The notes below the pieces were generated by a model. It had not been told where the DNA came from, made no database searches, and saw only the letters and a program-made list of their open reading frames with translations. A stretch of DNA of 59,664 nucleotides from a virus, in the IMG/VR virus record IMGVR_UViG_3300024581_003789, positions 1 through 59,664 of that record. One strand, 5' to 3'. A program made the translations under genes and the position numbers. Below are positions 58,460 through 59,664 of this stretch, piece after piece; the first letter of the stretch is position 1, and each line of letters begins with the position of its first letter.

Positions 58460-59524
58460 ATGGATATCAAAACCTTCGTAAAAGTAGTATCAAACCTTCC
58501 ACCAGAAATTTCAGTATTAGTAAAAGGACCAACCGGTATTGGTAAATCACACATCTTTCACCAGATTGGTAAAGAAATCGGACTAGAAGTATTGGATCGT
58601 CGCCTTTCATACATGACTGAAGGTGACCTTATTGGTCTTCCAGAACTAGTTGATGGTACAACAAGGTTTGCACCAGTTAATTGGTTTATTGAAGCTTGTA
58701 ATGAACCCCGCGTTTTATTCTTTGATGAGCTTAACCGTGCTACATTGGAAGTTCAACAATGTGCTTTCCAAATTGTACTGGATCGAGAGCTTAATGGTCA
58801 TAAACTTCATCCTGAAACCCGTGTCTATGCAGCAGTTAACGAAGGTAGTGATTACCAAGTTACTGAAATGGACCCTGCTCTTCTTCGTCGCTTCTGGTCT
58901 ATTGACTTAGAACCAACAACAGAAGACTGGTTAGAATGGGCTGAAACTATTGGCAATATCGATCCACTTACTATTGGTTTTATTAAGAAATATCCTGCTC
59001 GTCTTCGTCACACAGGTACTTTTGAACCGGGTATTGTTTATCCTAATCCTGCTTCTTGGGCTCGTTTTGACAAAGCGCTTAAATATGCAAATCTTGACCC
59101 ATCTACAAACTCTGGTGAAGATTATAATAGTCTTATCTTTTCTATCGGGTTAGGTTTTATTGGAGAATCAGGAACAATTGCATTTAGTGATTATGTTAAA
59201 AATTATCTAACAAAGTTTAGCCCTGAAGACTTGCTTAATCGATATCACACTAAAAAAGGCGGCGTCAAGTCTAAAATTGACAAGCTCACAAATGACAAAA
59301 AGAACGATTTGATGAGTATCACAATTACATACTTGAAAGATAATAATATTTCTCTGACTCAAGCAAAAACAGCATCTGATTTTATTGCTAGCTGTTCTGA
59401 TGAAATGCTGGTTAATTTCATGAACATGCTTATGGAAACCAAACATCTTGAAAATATTAAAAAGTTTCATCGATATCTTGGTGGTAAGGTTGTAGAAGTA
59501 GTTAACGCAGCGAATAACGTCTAA
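58460..59524 (+). CDS. MoxR-like AAA+ ATPase
   Basis: GPTGIGKS, EGDLIGLP, LFFDELNRA, AAVN, MDPALLRRF, PNPASW. Confidence 0.88.
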   Translation: MDIKTFVKVVSNLPPEISVLVKGPTGIGKSHIFHQIGKEIGLEVLDRRLSYMTEGDLIGLPELVDGTTRFAPVNWFIEACNEPRVLFFDELNRATLEVQQCAFQIVLDRELNGHKLHPETRVYAAVNEGSDYQVTEMDPALLRRFWSIDLEPTTEDWLEWAETIGNIDPLTIGFIKKYPARLRHTGTFEPGIVYPNPASWARFDKALKYANLDPSTNSGEDYNSLIFSIGLGFIGESGTIAFSDYVKNYLTKFSPEDLLNRYHTKKGGVKSKIDKLTNDKKNDLMSITITYLKDNNISLTQAKTASDFIASCSDEMLVNFMNMLMETKHLENIKKFHRYLGGKVVEVVNAANNV

Positions 59525-59533
59525 GAGGTGGAT

Positions 59534-59664
59534 ATGGATACACAAACACAACACTATGTAGATATTTGTATACGATGGATTGAGTCACACCCTGAAAGAT
59601 ATGGACAAAAGGAGTTGCTGCAGGACATGCGAGAGTTCTTTGCTCATAACATCCCGTGGAACAT
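59534..59664 (+). CDS. Partial hypothetical gene running off the right edge (MDTQTQHYVDICIRW...)
   Basis: GAGGTG RBS; open to the window end. Confidence 0.55.
   Translation, partial: MDTQTQHYVDICIRWIESHPERYGQKELLQDMREFFAHNIPWN

Noticed and set aside
188-59554. Short antisense and alternate-frame ORFs in the ORF track (e.g. 18589-18945, 22400-22795, 25948-26337, 59207-59554)
   Set aside because: They lie almost wholly within well-supported genes, have no recognisable motifs, and are typical shadow ORFs.
1-59664. Stop-codon reassignment, as in some large phages
   Set aside because: The standard code gives long, tightly abutting ORFs, and TAA, TAG and TGA all end genes at plausible positions.
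1-59664. Cellular chromosome, eCIS/tailocin locus or NCLDV origin
   Set aside because: A gp55-like sigma, phage-type primase and RuvC, baseplate genes, SD motifs and near-single-strand dense coding fit a tailed phage. No capsid or terminase large subunit is in the window, so this remains an inference.
1-59664. tRNA, ncRNA, introns or inteins
   Set aside because: No gap is large or structured enough, and PrkA, PhoH, primase and MoxR are of normal length without splicing motifs. Judged by eye only.

Overview
This 59.7 kb window is AT-rich, gene-dense and almost all + strand. It reads as part of a large (probably jumbo) contractile-tailed bacteriophage: it has gp25/gp6-like baseplate genes, a gp55-like late sigma factor, RuvC, a primase, bacterial Shine-Dalgarno motifs and sigma70-like promoters. 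From left to right: (1) 143-7029, a host-type YeaH/YhbH - SpoVR/YcgB - PrkA/YeaG gene set in permuted order, overlapped by a degenerate GroEL homologue lacking its ATP motif, then small genes including an Hc1-like protein; (2) a lone minus-strand Cys-rich sigma70 region-4 gene and a PIN-PhoH gene; (3) 10.3-19.5 kb, a glycan-modification cluster with GT4, GT2, an exostosin-like GT64-GT25 fusion, a sulfotransferase, a methyltransferase and a cupin; (4) a late sigma factor and about 32 kb of baseplate, LamG and fibre genes, several enriched in an [S/T]-G-S tripeptide; (5) RuvC, primase, putative head-internal proteins and a PAP2 phosphatase-Fic fusion; (6) an early-type region with three copies of a TGTAAC-N16-TATAAT promoter and a MoxR AAA+ gene. 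The best candidates for an undescribed system are the PrkA/YeaH/SpoVR plus pseudo-GroEL module, a possible sulfated virion-glycosylation pathway acting on [S/T]GS sites, and the PAP2-Fic bifunctional effector. All family calls come from motif recognition by eye. No database search was run, and all counts are manual.
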